From positions 930,001 through 994,000 of the forward strand of contig NW_026262668.1 in NCBI RefSeq assembly GCF_021869535.1: 64,000 nt of DNA, in the 5' to 3' direction. The position numbers and the translations under genes are program-made. A model generated the notes under the pieces. That model was not told where the DNA came from, did no database searches, and saw only the letters and a program-made list of their open reading frames with translations. Below, piece after piece: positions 1-12,470 of this stretch. How positions within the stretch are numbered: the stretch's first letter is position 1; each line of letters opens with the position of its first letter. This DNA is from Mytilus californianus (Eukaryota).

Positions 1-165
1 CGAGACCAGTTTCGTCGTCAGGGTAAGCGTCTTCTGCTTACCATCAACTGCAATGCAAATCCACACTCAGTCAAAACTTCGCAATCGGGAATAAGACACA
101 TTTTTAAAAATCAAATCGGACGACGTACCCGGTTTTGATTCCCTCAATTTTTAAAAAGGCATGTC

Positions 166-375
166 CTAAGTGAGTTGAGATACAGATACAGCGTATCCGG
201 CAATCAATTCGTGATGGTGACCGTAAAACTTATGTACTGTCAATTGTCGTAGTTTTTCCTCATAACTCTGTTGGAGGAGGTTTTGTGAAAAGAGCACACC
301 TATGTTAATGAATTCCGTATAGTGTACAAATACACGAGCGTAACGTATTATTTGAGATATGTAAACGCCATACAA
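166..375 (-). mobile_element. Penelope-like retroelement relic (C-terminal part of RT/linker region)
   Basis: ORF reads YGVYISQIIRYARV...LLQQSYEEKLRQLTVHKFYGHHHELI. This resembles the YGVYISQLIRY..K FY.RH segment I associate with invertebrate Penelope-like element polyproteins. It is a short fragment with no splice context. Confidence 0.55.
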
Positions 376-1776
376 CGGGAAAAAGAGTATGCTTTTGCTG
401 AAAAATGGGAAAAGTTAAACCATCACCTTTGTCATAGATTCTATAGTAGTAGTTCACTTGTGATAAACGAGATCGGACTCAGAAAACGAACTATTTCGGG
501 GACGCTTTCCATGTCGACGTACCCAGTTTCGCTCCTATTGAAGTCCATGCCATTCCCTCAGTTTTTGTTTGTTACTTTGATTTGTCTTTCTAATCGATTT
601 ACGAGATTTGAATATCGGTAAACTGCTGTTCACTTTTGAATCTTGAAACGATTGGTTTTGTAGAATGTTTTCGCTTTATCAAAATAACAGTGGCACCTTT
701 CGAATGTGTCTTATACGTGTGTTCCGAAGGGGAAAAGTACTGAATTTTCATATTAAAACCAAAATCATCTTTCGTGCCAACCCTATGCTCATGTTAACAT
801 GCATTGGTAGACATTAATCATTGCTAACATTTTAGTATTGTTAAAATTAGCACGGTGTGATTTGAAGGAACTATTTCTTAATTAGACACAACAAAAATGA
901 ACATGCAATATCGTATCTTTATGGAATATTATATTTTGAAAGTTTGCTTATAAGATTGAAAACAAATGAATTAGACTTAGTGATTTTCATTCTTTAAAAA
1001 AAAATTGTTTTCAAACAATTGTTCAATCTGTGCATAAAAGCTAAATATCTTCATTTTATTTTATTAAATGAAACAACACATTGAACTTTTTAATTATAAA
1101 TTCATTTCAAAGAGCTTTCAACAGCAAAAATAATCAACAATTTAAAGGAAAATATGATATTATCAACAACAAAATTGATTACAAAAACCTGAAAAATTAA
1201 TTAATTTCTCGATTGATTAATTTTTTTTTATTGTATATTATATATTTTTCCGTTTCAATGTTTTAATCCCATATATTGCGCAGAGGAATCTTTTTACGAT
1301 ATCTTTTATTTAAATTACAAAATTTTTTTTCTAAGCGAACTGTATGATATTTTTAGAAATTCATTATATGGTTTTGCTACTTTGAATAAATATCTAAGTT
1401 TTCATCGCTCATTGAAGACTTATTTTGTATGTTTTCAAACTTCTTGCAAATCAATTCACATATCCTAGGCATTGCTAGTATTAATTATCAAACAATAAAG
1501 TTGCACAGATAATTAGTGTCTTCAGTTATTTAATATTTTCTTTGGGTTTACTAAAACAAGAAATGTGACACGGAAGTGTAATGTTCGATGCGTAAACTTC
1601 GATTTCAATTACGAATGTGAATAAATCAAATGTTTATATTCTAAATAAATGAAACAAATTACGTTAGATTTTTAGAATGGAATAAAAAGATGAAATGCAT
1701 GTTATGGTTTCTTGTGTATAATTTGGAGTTTAGTATGACGTCCATTATCACTGAACTATTATACATATTTGTTTAG

Positions 1777-1915
1777 GGGCCAGCTGAAGGACGCCTCCGG
1801 GTGCGGGAGTTTCTCGCTGCATTGAAGACCCATTGGTGGCCTTCGGCTGTTGTCTGCTCTATGGTCGGGTTGTTGTCTCTTTGACACATTCCCCATTTCC
1901 ATTCTCAATTTTATG
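1777..1915 (-). repeat. Abundant dispersed repeat family (GAGACAAC core; SINE-like or TE-derived). Related copies at about 8290-8410, 15875-16350, 24420-24475, 32585-32725, 47620-47800, 55370-55535 and 60370-60500.
   Basis: Recurrent sequence gatgtggtatgagtgccaatgagacaactctcc...ggccttcaa, or its reverse complement, seen in at least 8 places on both strands. Confidence 0.75.
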
Positions 1916-2367
1916 GTGGCCAAATACTTTGTATTTTGACTTATGAGTTTGAATATCACTTTGTTATATTCCCTCTCTCTCTTCTTTATTTTATGTATTT
2001 TTGTACACACTTTGGCCATTCATATTGGTATTTGACAAGAAGACAGCACTTCGGTTATGGCATACTTTGATTGATACATGTTAACTACATTTACAGTTTA
2101 TTAAATATGTGTATGTGCTAAAATTAAATTGCAGCTCTTTCAGGCATTGCTGACATTATGATAAGACTAGTTTGATTGTTCTGTTTAGGCGATTCTTATG
2201 TACTATTACATAAAAATGCCTTCCCAAACATTAGTCCCGTACAAGCCTAATGCAGATAATTCTAAAAAGACACTCATAATTGGAATAAAAGTGTGATCAT
2301 TTCTTTATAGTGGCATATCACTATCACCGAGTCGTTATCGCTGATGATGAACTTTTATTTTACTTTT

Positions 2368-2755
2368 AGGATGTTCGCTTGTCATGTTTTGGAATTTTTG
2401 TCAGATTTTCGGAATCCTCTGGTTTTATCCATTTGAATGCCTTAAAAAATATTGCTCACTAATCCCCATTTTTCTTTTTATAAATCTTTTACATATATAA
2501 ACCATCTGTAAAAGTCTTATAAAATCTTTGTTATTTTTTCATAGTTTTTGAGAACTTAAACTTGTCAATGATAAAGCTATGAAAAATCAAGAGAGAAAAT
2601 TTTTCCGCCAAAATTTCAATGGCTAATATCTCGAAAACAAGCACACAGACCTATATATTTTTTTTTCACTCTTTTGGTTCCTTTATTTATCCCCTATCAA
2701 TATATACTAGTGTTATGAAAAGTTTGTTATTTTGAAACTGAGTAGCGAACTTCCT
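2368..2755. mobile_element. MITE with short TIRs (Kolobok-like, degenerate TTAA flanks)
   Basis: Left end aggatgttcgct and right end agcgaacttcct form a 12-bp TIR with 1 mismatch. Flanks are ttt(a) and ttac, so a TTAA TSD would be decayed. Confidence 0.5.
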
Positions 2756-2912
2756 TACTAGAATATGACTACTATTCATTGCTTTGGGATATTATTGCAA
2801 GTGTGCGAGATTTGTACAAAGACAGTAAAAATAGGAGTATTTCCATTCAACTGAATAATTTTACAACCGATGCATTTTTTAAAGCGAGTTAGCTACGTAC
2901 ATGTAGCGTGTC

Positions 2913-3057
2913 GTTCACTAAACATAGATATATAGGGCTTTGTTCACTAAAGATAGATATATAGGGCTTTGTTCACTAAAGATAGATATATAGGGCTTTG
3001 TTCACTAAAGATAGATATATAGGGCTTTGTTCACTAAAGATAGATATATAGGGCTTT
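2913..3057. repeat. 29-bp minisatellite, 5 copies
   Basis: gttcactaaagatagatatatagggcttt repeated at 2913, 2942, 2971, 3000 and 3029. Confidence 0.95.
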
Positions 3058-3127
3058 GCAGCTATGTTAGTTGTTATGATATTGAACCACAACCCTGGTA
3101 TTCCTCAAATACTGTGTATAATTGCAG

Positions 3128-6100
3128 GAAAAAGTTAGATGAAACAACAGCTGAACTAAAGAAAACGTCACGTCTTCTGGAAGAAGAAAAACATAAAACT
3201 GATGCTTTACTGTACCAAATGCTTCCACAGAAAGTCGCTAATGATTTGAAAAATGGAATAACAATAGCAGCAGGTGAGTGGATTTTCATTTAACCTAAAG
3301 TGTATAGTATTTTTTTAGTAACTCTTTTTTACAGTTAGTTGTATAAAAAGCCTAATCAGTATGAAATACAACGAATACGTTAAATGATTATTTCTAGAAC
3401 CACTTAAATAGGAACACTAAAACGGACGTAAAATATAGTTAAAACTTTTTAGGATCAACTTTGCCAGAGGAATTTTTGGGTGAAATATACCCAAAATTGT
3501 GCATATTAGTTGACGTGTTTTGTACTTATACAGCCTTGACTGTAAAAATTTTGGCTTTTAGTCCTGATGTAATTAAATCCAAAATAGTGTCATCATTTGT
3601 CTCAGCTCCCAACGAAATTTTTCTCCTGGTTTGTGTGTTAAAAATGGTATGAAAGTAATAGTACAGTTATACCATATTCCAGAGAAATTTGAGGTAGTGA
3701 CTATCCTGTTCAGTGATATCGTTACCTTTACCAACATAGCCTCTGAGTGTTCTCCCATGGAAGTTGTTACCATGTTGAACAATCTGTATGCGAAGTTTGA
3801 CGAGAAAACAAATGAACATGATGTGTATAAGGTAAGAGGAAAAATTTGTTTGCTTCTTTGATCAAGTTTTAGAATTATGTTGAGGCGTTGAACATGTTTT
3901 ATATGCAAGCAACAAAACGTCGAGAAAATGGGGGTATTTACCCTTGTCCGCCTGTCCGTTGGTACGTCACATATAGGGTACACAGTTTGTCGGTTTAATT
4001 CTACGTACAGCTTTCGAGCTAGAACTTTTATAGTATGCAGATTGTTTATACATGTGTATAGTATCAGGATTTTGATATTCTTTATATTTTTTGCAAATGA
4101 TTTTTTTTCGTCATTTTTGGTAAAATTACCCATGCAGGGTACATGGTGTGTCTGGCTAAGCCATCCTACTGTTTTCAATCTTAAACTTTATACAAATGGA
4201 TTACATGGTTGTCCGCAGAAATCTAACGAGTAAATCCTTAAATAGTTTTTATTCTTGAACTTTTAAATTATGCAAGATATTATTAAGAGTGTGCATATTA
4301 TCAGATTTTGATTTTCTATAAATTTCCACAAATGAATAGATGTTGAACTTAATCATTTATTTGAAATTGTTTATGTTGGGTGCATTGATTTTTCATCTAG
4401 TAGCCGTTCATCATTGAAACAATTTGAATTATCTTCACTATTGTTGTTTAATTAAAGTTTTTTTTCTTTGAATAATTTGGTTAGTTTTTATTTTAGTAGT
4501 TAATTAGTTTAAAAACAGTTGATTCATTGTTTCTGGGGTTCACTTTTAAGGTTGAAACAATTGGTGATGCGTATATGATAGTCAATGGTTGTCCGGAAAT
4601 CAAAGAGATACACGTGCAAGCTGTAGCAAATTTTGCTATGGATATGGTAGAGGAGGCAGCTAAAGTAAAGTCTCCAGCTACAGGATTATCACTACAGGTT
4701 TGTGCTGATTGATTTGTTTTTAAGATAAAGAACATATTAAATGAAATAAATAATGTTTTAGTGAACCAGATAAACGAGAAAGCAAAGATTCTGATTCTGG
4801 TATTTTGTTTGTAATCGATAAGATTTCAAAATGTCTCATTGATAATTAAATACCGTTCTTTTCCTGGACTCTCACCACCCGAGACCTAAGCGTGACTTTG
4901 ATTCAAAGGCAAACAGTATACCGTGATATCAGGTTTGTTTAATTTGATTGTGAAAGTTTAATTGTATACAACCTGAAGTTATCTGATATACATTGTACCC
5001 CTTCTAAAGCAATGTGCTAGAAGATGTACGGCCATACACTCCATTTTGTCTCAACTTGTACAATAACTCGGGAAGCTTTAGGGCTTGCAAAATGTTTTCG
5101 GCGCTTTTCTTTCATTGGAATCTAGACATCCTTGTTAATTTAACTTTTGTTTACGGTTGACATGTACCATTATATAAATAACACATAGCTGAGAGGGTGA
5201 TAGAGCAGATTGTTACCCCGAGAAAACATTGTCAACTGAGGCGAAGCCAAGGTTCACAATGTCTTTTCGAGGGGTAACAATCTGCTCTATCAGCCTCTCA
5301 GATATGTGTTATTTAATTTATTTTACTGAATGTTCTGTTATTACTGTCGATTAAATTTCAAATTCAAAGTAATAAACTATGACGCCTTGTACATAACAAC
5401 CATCCGTATTTGATAAAGCGCAAACTTGATCAAGCGTCTCCGTGAAGGATAATAGAGTATTTGCCATAGGATAGAGTCGTATTTAATAAAGCGCACACTT
5501 GATCAAGCGTCTCCGTGAAGGGTAATAGAGTATTTACCATAGAATAGAGTAAATCAACACCCTCGTATTAACCAATCAAAATCTGGCATTTTGACATGAA
5601 GTTTAATAATAATATTCAACCCATATTTCTCATTATGCCCAACCCACTAAATGGCAGGGACATATAGTGTATCATATGTCCGATCTTCCGTCATTTTGAA
5701 ATCAAACAGTTGTTCGGACTTCTTTTCCGTTATGCCTGCAAATGTAGTGCAGATTTTGATACACAAGTGTATCATGATGTCGCACAGATCGACTTTGCGT
5801 CTCGTTCTGGTTGGCACACTTTTTGCGGTATTACGGCCCTTAAAAATTCATGAAAATTGTGCTTCTGCGGACTTTTTTGGCAATGCGGATATATCTTGAG
5901 CTGGTTTTTTTGTACATTGATGCTGTCTTGTAGATCTATTTTGCCTCTCGTTTCGGTTGATGGACACATCAGATCCGTTTCCATTCATATTGTTAGTATA
6001 AGGACACAATTTAGCAGTGGCGGATCCAGAGGGGGCGTAGAGGGCGTACGCCCTCCCTTTGCTTGCACTTTTTTTTTTTTTTTTTAAATGATTAATCAGA

Positions 6101-9024
6101 CTAGACATCGCGAACTTTGCCATTTCCCGTGTATTTAATTTTTATGCGACAATTCTTTACTTATAAAGATATTTTTCGCTCGTATTTACTATAATATATT
6201 ATTGATTATGTCAAAATCATGTGATTCGCTACGGTGGAGTTGACCAGTACGTCGAAAAAAACGTCACTCAATCATTTTGAAATTCAAATTACAGTAACAC
6301 ATTGCTTAGGCTGAGGATGACAAGCATGACGCCTTCAAAGCGACAAAGTATTGAGCAAGAACGTATTGACTTCTATTTCACAATTCCACCCAACAGAAAG
6401 TAATACTCTATTACACTCTCATGAAAAAAAAAGTTCCACAGCAATATTATTTACCTACGAAAACATGTTTAACCCCACTAGCCCCAGCCCATTAATAACA
6501 TTGCTGAATAGTGATCCCCAGTCAGTAAGCTCTAGATATAGATTTAAAGTCTAAGATACGGACCATTTGATTTAAGGGGGCAGTCTGAGATATTTAAGAA
6601 AAAAAATTCTGACCCTAATTTTTGCCTTAAACAAAAATTCTGGCCGTATCTGGATTGAAAACAATAATCTTGTCCACTTTTTTGCTATTAGAAAAAAATA
6701 TTTTCAACAAAATTATTTAGCATTAAATGAACATGATGAATAAAAAACGGGCGTAATTTTTATTTTGGGGTGGGGGGGAGGGTTGCATGTGAATCCCATA
6801 TCTGACCGGAATGTCTGTTTTGCCGAACTGATATACTGAATACTTTTTTCAAGGCCCGACTGCAACCTGCCTGCTGGGTGTGGCCTATATGTCTCCATGT
6901 GTCGACCGTCATTCTCAACTTCATTGTCATTTCCGACTCATTCGTAGCCTTTGGTTGATTTGGAACCCCTCACTTCCCTTGTTGGTTGAAACATTTCAAC
7001 CAAACATTTGGATAAAAATTGCTTGTCTTTCTTCGTGTCGGTCGTATTGTAAATTTCATTGAATAGCCGTATATCTTGTTTACAACAAGAAATCTGTGAG
7101 GTTATGCTAACTAACCATACAACAAACGAGAATTTTCCATCTCCATTTTTTACTGACAAATCCCACATCAAATATATTAATTAGTACATAGCTTTGGATC
7201 CATCCAATCATTTAACAATTAATGGAGAGAATACGGCACCAAAAATATCCAACCCCTACACTTTAACTATAAAATGCATTTTACACTTATTTTATGTTTT
7301 TTAGCCAAAAAAAGGTCCAAAAAAGTTTTTGCCTCGCTCCGCTCGGCAAACTTTAATACTACGCCCCCCCCTTTCCAAAATCCTGGATCCGCCCCTGTTT
7401 AGTGCACGTAAATCGTTATTACTTTAAAATTAGTGTTTTTCATCTTTACAGCAAAAACTCTAAATTGATATATTTCAAGTTATGTTGACAAGTTGGTGTA
7501 CACTGATTTAACAAATCAATCTAATATCATAATTGTTCAGTGAGCGTCTATTACGGAGCTTCCCAAGTTGAATTAATGAGGGTCTGGATAGGGGAGTCCA
7601 CTCCTTCATTTCTGCATTCTTCAAATTTTGTAGGTAATTTTTCTCTTTTCTTTATATTTTTGCCCATTATTCTCTATTCTTTATATTTTTGCATTTTTTT
7701 TTGCAGTATTGGCCCATCATTCTCTATTCTGTAAACCTCACCCAAACTCTCGTTAATGTGACTGTGGAACGATATGTTAGCGTTGATTTTATCTCATTTC
7801 TTTCATTCGGTTTCAGATAAGAGTAGGGTTTCACAGCGGGCCAGTTGTGGCTGGCGTGGTTGGTGTTAAGATGCCTAGATATTGTCTGTTTGGAGATACT
7901 GTCAACACTGCCTCACGGATGGAGAGCCACGGCGTTCCTGGACGTATACATGTCAGTCCTCTAGCTTACAGGTGGGAAATTTATCATACTGATATAAAAC
8001 ACAATGCCTGACAAAGAATTAAGACAACATTTTGAAATTTACCAAACAAAACTTTATTGCGACGAATATTTAGTGGCGGTCCTGCAATTATACCTTCAAA
8101 CAAGATTTCAAATTTGATTTGAACAAGTCTGTTTTAGTTAAATTAATATAAAACAATTCTACAGTACTGGTTTTTACTCTGATATTTTAGGACGGTTGCT
8201 CTCGTATCTAAAAAATTACTTTTAAGGAAATGGTGGATTTGTTTGTCACAAATTTCCATTTAATGAATACATTTTGCCGATTACAAGTAGATATAATATT
8301 CATTTAAGAATAAGGAGTTTTGGTTTGATTGTCAATGAGACAACTATAGACCATAGCCCCAATGACAAGGATGTAAGCAACCAAAGGTCATTGGCCTTCA
8401 ACAATGAGCAAAATTCAAAACCGCATAGTGTATATATGTTTTATAGTTTTTATGAAAAATATCTTAACAAGACAGCTAACCAAAAAGAACTCAAATATGC
8501 ACGAAAAATTAAATTAGAAACGCGGATGGATTTTCCTGTCGAAGGTAATGGTTCTCACCGGTAACTACAGCTTCCCACATCAAATAAAACTGGTCGCCAC
8601 GATATAGCCACGAGTGCTGAAAGTGGCGTTAAAAACCAACAATCGATCAATCAATCAAACAATAGAAACGCTGATGTACAATATACAATTTCTTTAGATT
8701 GCTCATTGCAGTTTGCTCATAAATGAGGACTACATATTCAGAGACCGCGGAAGGATAGAGATAAAAGGTAAAGGTCTGTTGAATACGTACTTTCTGATTG
8801 GTCGACACGATGATCTGATGGAAGAACCTGCTGATACTTACTGTTCCCTACCAGTAATTGGAAAGAATGGGACTGAGATCCAGGTGATAGACGAAGAGCT
8901 TACGAAAAGACACGATTTTGGCCTAGATGTTACAAATTTAGTTGATAATGCAGGAACGCATGAAGAAAAAAGAAACGTTAATGGAAAAACAAGGACTTTC
9001 AGTGAAACATGTAATGTTCTTTGA
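3128..9024 (+). CDS. Soluble guanylate cyclase, atypical Gyc88E/beta2-like (3' part: coiled coil plus cyclase domain); 5' exons lie upstream of the window
   Basis: Exons 3128-3273, 3683-3831, 4551-4697, 7817-7971 and 8712-9024, all GT-AG with matching phases (1,0,0,2). Spliced protein contains [73 protein letters not shown] and [10 protein letters not shown]. The Glu (VET) and Cys (RYC) residues indicate GTP specificity. AATAAA at 9084-9089. Confidence 0.93.
5175..5625. mobile_element. Non-autonomous element with a ~140-bp palindrome and direct repeats (Crypton-like architecture)
   Basis: Palindrome 5175-5315 (taaataacacatagctgagag...ctctcagatatgtgttattta) centred on tgaggcgaagccaagg. Two ~65-bp direct repeats follow (5413 and 5487), then a ccaatcaaaat...gacatgaagtttaataat end. 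Family assignment is from remembered resemblance only. Confidence 0.5.
6015..7397. mobile_element. DNA transposon derivative with CAGTGGCGGATCC / GGATCCGCCCCTG termini
   Basis: 13-bp TIR with 1 mismatch. TTTAG directly flanks both ends (6010-6014 and 7398-7402). Confidence 0.55.
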
Positions 9025-9952
9025 GACAGTATTAATTCAATTTTTATTCTACAATTTCTACAAAAGATCTTTTTCTCCATTAGAATAAAATCGTAGTTTC
9101 AACATATATGCTATTTTATGTTACTAAAATGAGAGATTTGTTTGTACTATAAAATGTTTTTTTTTGCTTCGTTTAAAATAAAAATTCTCAATAAAAACAA
9201 ACTGTTTTTTTTCTCACTTCCCATAAAGTTTGATGTCATGTTTCAACATATGAATTTATCCGTTTACAGATGTTGTCTATCAAAGTACAAACCATATTTG
9301 TCATAATGTTTTTTTTTACCGAGTAATGATTTGTGGTCATACATATGACTAAAATTCAAATATCCTCTTAAAAATATATATGTTTTTCAAATTTTCAAAC
9401 TCGTTTCTAAAATGTTTTCTGTGATTGATTTTATACTCAGATCATAAAAAAAAAACCAGCAAGCAACAGGAAAACAAAGAAAACAATACATTTGGCCTTA
9501 TTTAATATAGGAAATGTCTACTTGAAACAGACTGAATGCTTGTTATAGGCCTATACTACTTATTTCCTTTCTTAATACTTTTAAAACACGTGGCAGTATT
9601 TGTTTTTGAATTGTTACATCCTTCCATCATTTCCATTAGTAGTATCACCAAATAATATGATTATAGTAAGGGACTTCAAGGGAGTCAAATAACTCGCATA
9701 GCACTCATCAACCGGGACACATCAAATCAAATTTTGTTTGAAATTATGACACGTTTTGCAAAAGTTAATATTGAGAATAAGAACGTGTATCCCAAAATGC
9801 TGAAAACCCCTTTTAGGGATCCCGTTAAGAAGTTGGGTTTTCTATTCTGCAATTACCCAATAAAACTTCTAATTAAGACCGAGTCAGAATGGAATTTATC
9901 TACAGTCTTACATCAAGGCTTGAAATCTATCTTTCCAGTAAAAGTGACAGCG

Positions 9953-11639
9953 CCTGGGGGTTACTGACTATCCTATCGGGTATAACTGTGCCGACAGCAC
10001 TTGCCAAATCATACCCTGTTCTAACCAAAAAACATTGAAAAACATACCCTGTTCTAAACAGAAATATTGAAAAACATACCCTGTTCTAGACACGCTCAGA
10101 AAATGTATACCCTGTTCTAGACCGTATAAAATAAATGCTGTTCTAGACCCTGGTTCTAGACTGTATCTTAAACAGTTAAATAAGCGATCCTGTTCTAGAC
10201 AAATACTTTGTTTAAAAAAGACCCTGTTCTCACCAGCAGGGCATGAAAAAGCGACCCTGTTCTAACCAACAGGGCATGGAAAAGGAACCCTGTTCTAACC
10301 AGCAGGACATGAAAAAGGAACCCTGTTCTAACCAGCAGGACATGAAAAAGGAACCCTGTTTTAACCAGCAGGGCATGAAAAAGGAACCCTGTTCTAACCA
10401 GCAGGACATGAAAAAGGAACCCTGTTCTAACCAGCAGGGCATGGAAAAGGAACCCTGTTCAAACCAGCAGGGCATGGAAAAGGAACCCTGTTCTAACCAA
10501 CAGGGCATGGAAAAGGAACCCTGTTCTAACCAGCAGGGCATGGAAAAAAAAACCCTGTTCTAACCATCAGGGCATGGAAAAGCGACCCTGTTCTAACCAG
10601 CAGGACATCAAAAAGCGACCCTGTTCTAACCAGCAGGACATGAAAAAGGAACCCTGTTCTAACCAGCAGGACATGAAAAAGGAACCCTGTTCTAACCAAC
10701 AGGACATGAAAAAGGAACCCTGTTCTCACCAGCAGGGCATGAAAAAGCGACCCTGTTCTAACCAGCAGGACATGAAAAAGCGACCCTGTTCTAACCAGCA
10801 GGACATGAAAAAGGAACCCTGTTCTAACCAGCAGGACATGAAAAAGCGACCCTGTTTTAACCAGCAGGGCATGCAAAAGGAACCCTGTTCTAACCAGCAG
10901 GGCATGGAAAAGGAACCCTGTTCTAACCAGCAGGACATGGAAAAGGGACCCTGTTCTAACCAGCAGGGCATGGAAAAGGAACCCTGTTCTAACCATCAGG
11001 GCATGGAAAAGGAACCCTGTTCTAACCAGCAGGGCATGGAAAAGGAACCCTGTTCTAACCAACAGGGCATGGAAAAGGAACCCTGTTCTAACCAGCAGGG
11101 CATGGAAAAAAAAACCCTGTTCTAACCAGCATGGCATGGAAAAGGAACCCTGTTCTAACCAACAGGGCATGGAAAAGGAACCTTGTCTAACCAGCAGGAC
11201 ATGGAAAAGGAACCCTGTTATAACCAAACCAGCAGGGCATGGAAAAGGAACCCTGTTATAACCAGCAGGACATGGAGAAGGGACCCTGTTCTAACCAGCA
11301 GGGCATGGAAAAGGAACCCTGTTCTAACCAGCAGGGCATGGAAAAGGAACCCTGTTCTAACCAGCAGGGCATGGAAAAGGAACACTGTTCTAACCAGCAG
11401 GGCATGGAAAAGGAACCCTGTTCTAACCAGCAGGGCATGGAAAAGGAACCCTGTTCTAACCAGCAGGGCATGGAAAAGGAACCCTGTTATAACCAGCAGG
11501 GCATGGAAAAGGAACCCTGTTCTAACCAACAGGGCATGGAAAAGGAACCCTTTTTTAACCAACAGGGCATGGAAAAGCGACCCTGTTTTGCGGCACACTC
11601 GTACCACTAAAAATATAGGAAGTAACCCCCCCTCCCGGG
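9953..11639. mobile_element. MITE (CCCGGG-GGG-GTTACT TIRs, 8-bp TSD) containing a ~41-copy 33-bp minisatellite
   Basis: TSD tgacagcg at 9945-9952 and 11640-11647. Ends are cctggggggttact and agtaaccccccctcccggg. Internal array atggaaaaggaaccctgttctaaccagcagggc spans about 10217-11590. Confidence 0.85.
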
Positions 11640-11678
11640 TGACAGCGTTACCTATACACGACAGGTTTTTTTTGTTTA

Positions 11679-12470
11679 CAGTAAAACAGACCGTACAAAA
11701 CACGTAGCTTGATGTTCTTTGCAAACACACGAACCACCAAAACAGAACACAAACATGTAATGTGATGATATTTGCTACCACATGAGCCACCAAAACAGAA
11801 CACAAACATGTAATGTGATGATATTTGCTACCACATGAGCCACCAAAACAGAACACAAACATGTAATGTGATGATATTTGCTACCACATGAGCCACCAAA
11901 ACAGAACACAAACATGTAATGTGATGATATTTGTTACCACATGAGCCACCAAAACAGAACACAAACATGTAATGTGATGATATTTGTTACCACATGAGCC
12001 ACCAAAACAGAACACAAACATGTAATGTGATGATATTTGCTACCACATGAGCCACCAAAACAGAACACAAACATGTAATTTAATGATATTTGCAACCACC
12101 TGAAACACCAAATAGAACACAAAACATATAATGTGATGTTATTTGCTACCACATGAGCCACCAAAACAGAACACAAACATGTAATGTGATGTAATTTGCT
12201 ACCACTTGAGCCACTAAAATAGAACACAAAACATGTAATAATTTGATGTTATTTGTTATCACATAAGCCATAAAAAAGATGTATTTTAGCCTTTTAATTT
12301 TTGTTATATAGTTTTCTTCGATTGTTGTTCCTGATTGTTTTCTATTTTGGCAGCTCGTGTGGCAGCAGGTAACCAGCATCACACTACATGTTTTGTTTTC
12401 TATTTTTGGTGGCTCGTGTGGAAGCAAAAACATCACATTACATATTATGTAGCAAATATCCGTTTTACTG
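11679..12470. mobile_element. Foldback MITE with internal 53-bp tandem array (about 10 forward and 2 inverted copies)
   Basis: Ends cagtaaaacaga and tccgttttactg. Unit ccaccaaaacagaacacaaacatgtaatgtgatgatatttgctaccacatgag runs from 11734 with period 53. Reverse-complement copies at about 12335-12445. Confidence 0.7.

Noticed and set aside
1-32. Minus-strand ctgacga-cgaaac-tggtc as a hammerhead
   Set aside because: There is no stem II between CUGANGA and GAAA, and the sequence is truncated by the window edge.
3027-3127. N-terminal MFTKDRYIG of ORF 3027-3293 as the sGC start
   Set aside because: It derives from the last 29-bp repeat unit and intron. Homology begins at the acceptor at 3128.
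10230-11707. Long ORFs (MEKEPCSNQQG, MPCWLEQGSFS, FHALLVRTGFL repeats) as genes
   Set aside because: They are by-products of a 33-bp minisatellite inside a MITE. They are open on both strands, frameshift at poly-A slips, and lack splice or promoter context.
11218-12436. Minus-strand Cys/His-rich ORFs (HHITCLCSVLVAHVV repeats)
   Set aside because: These are translations of the 53-bp tandem array, not a metal-binding protein.
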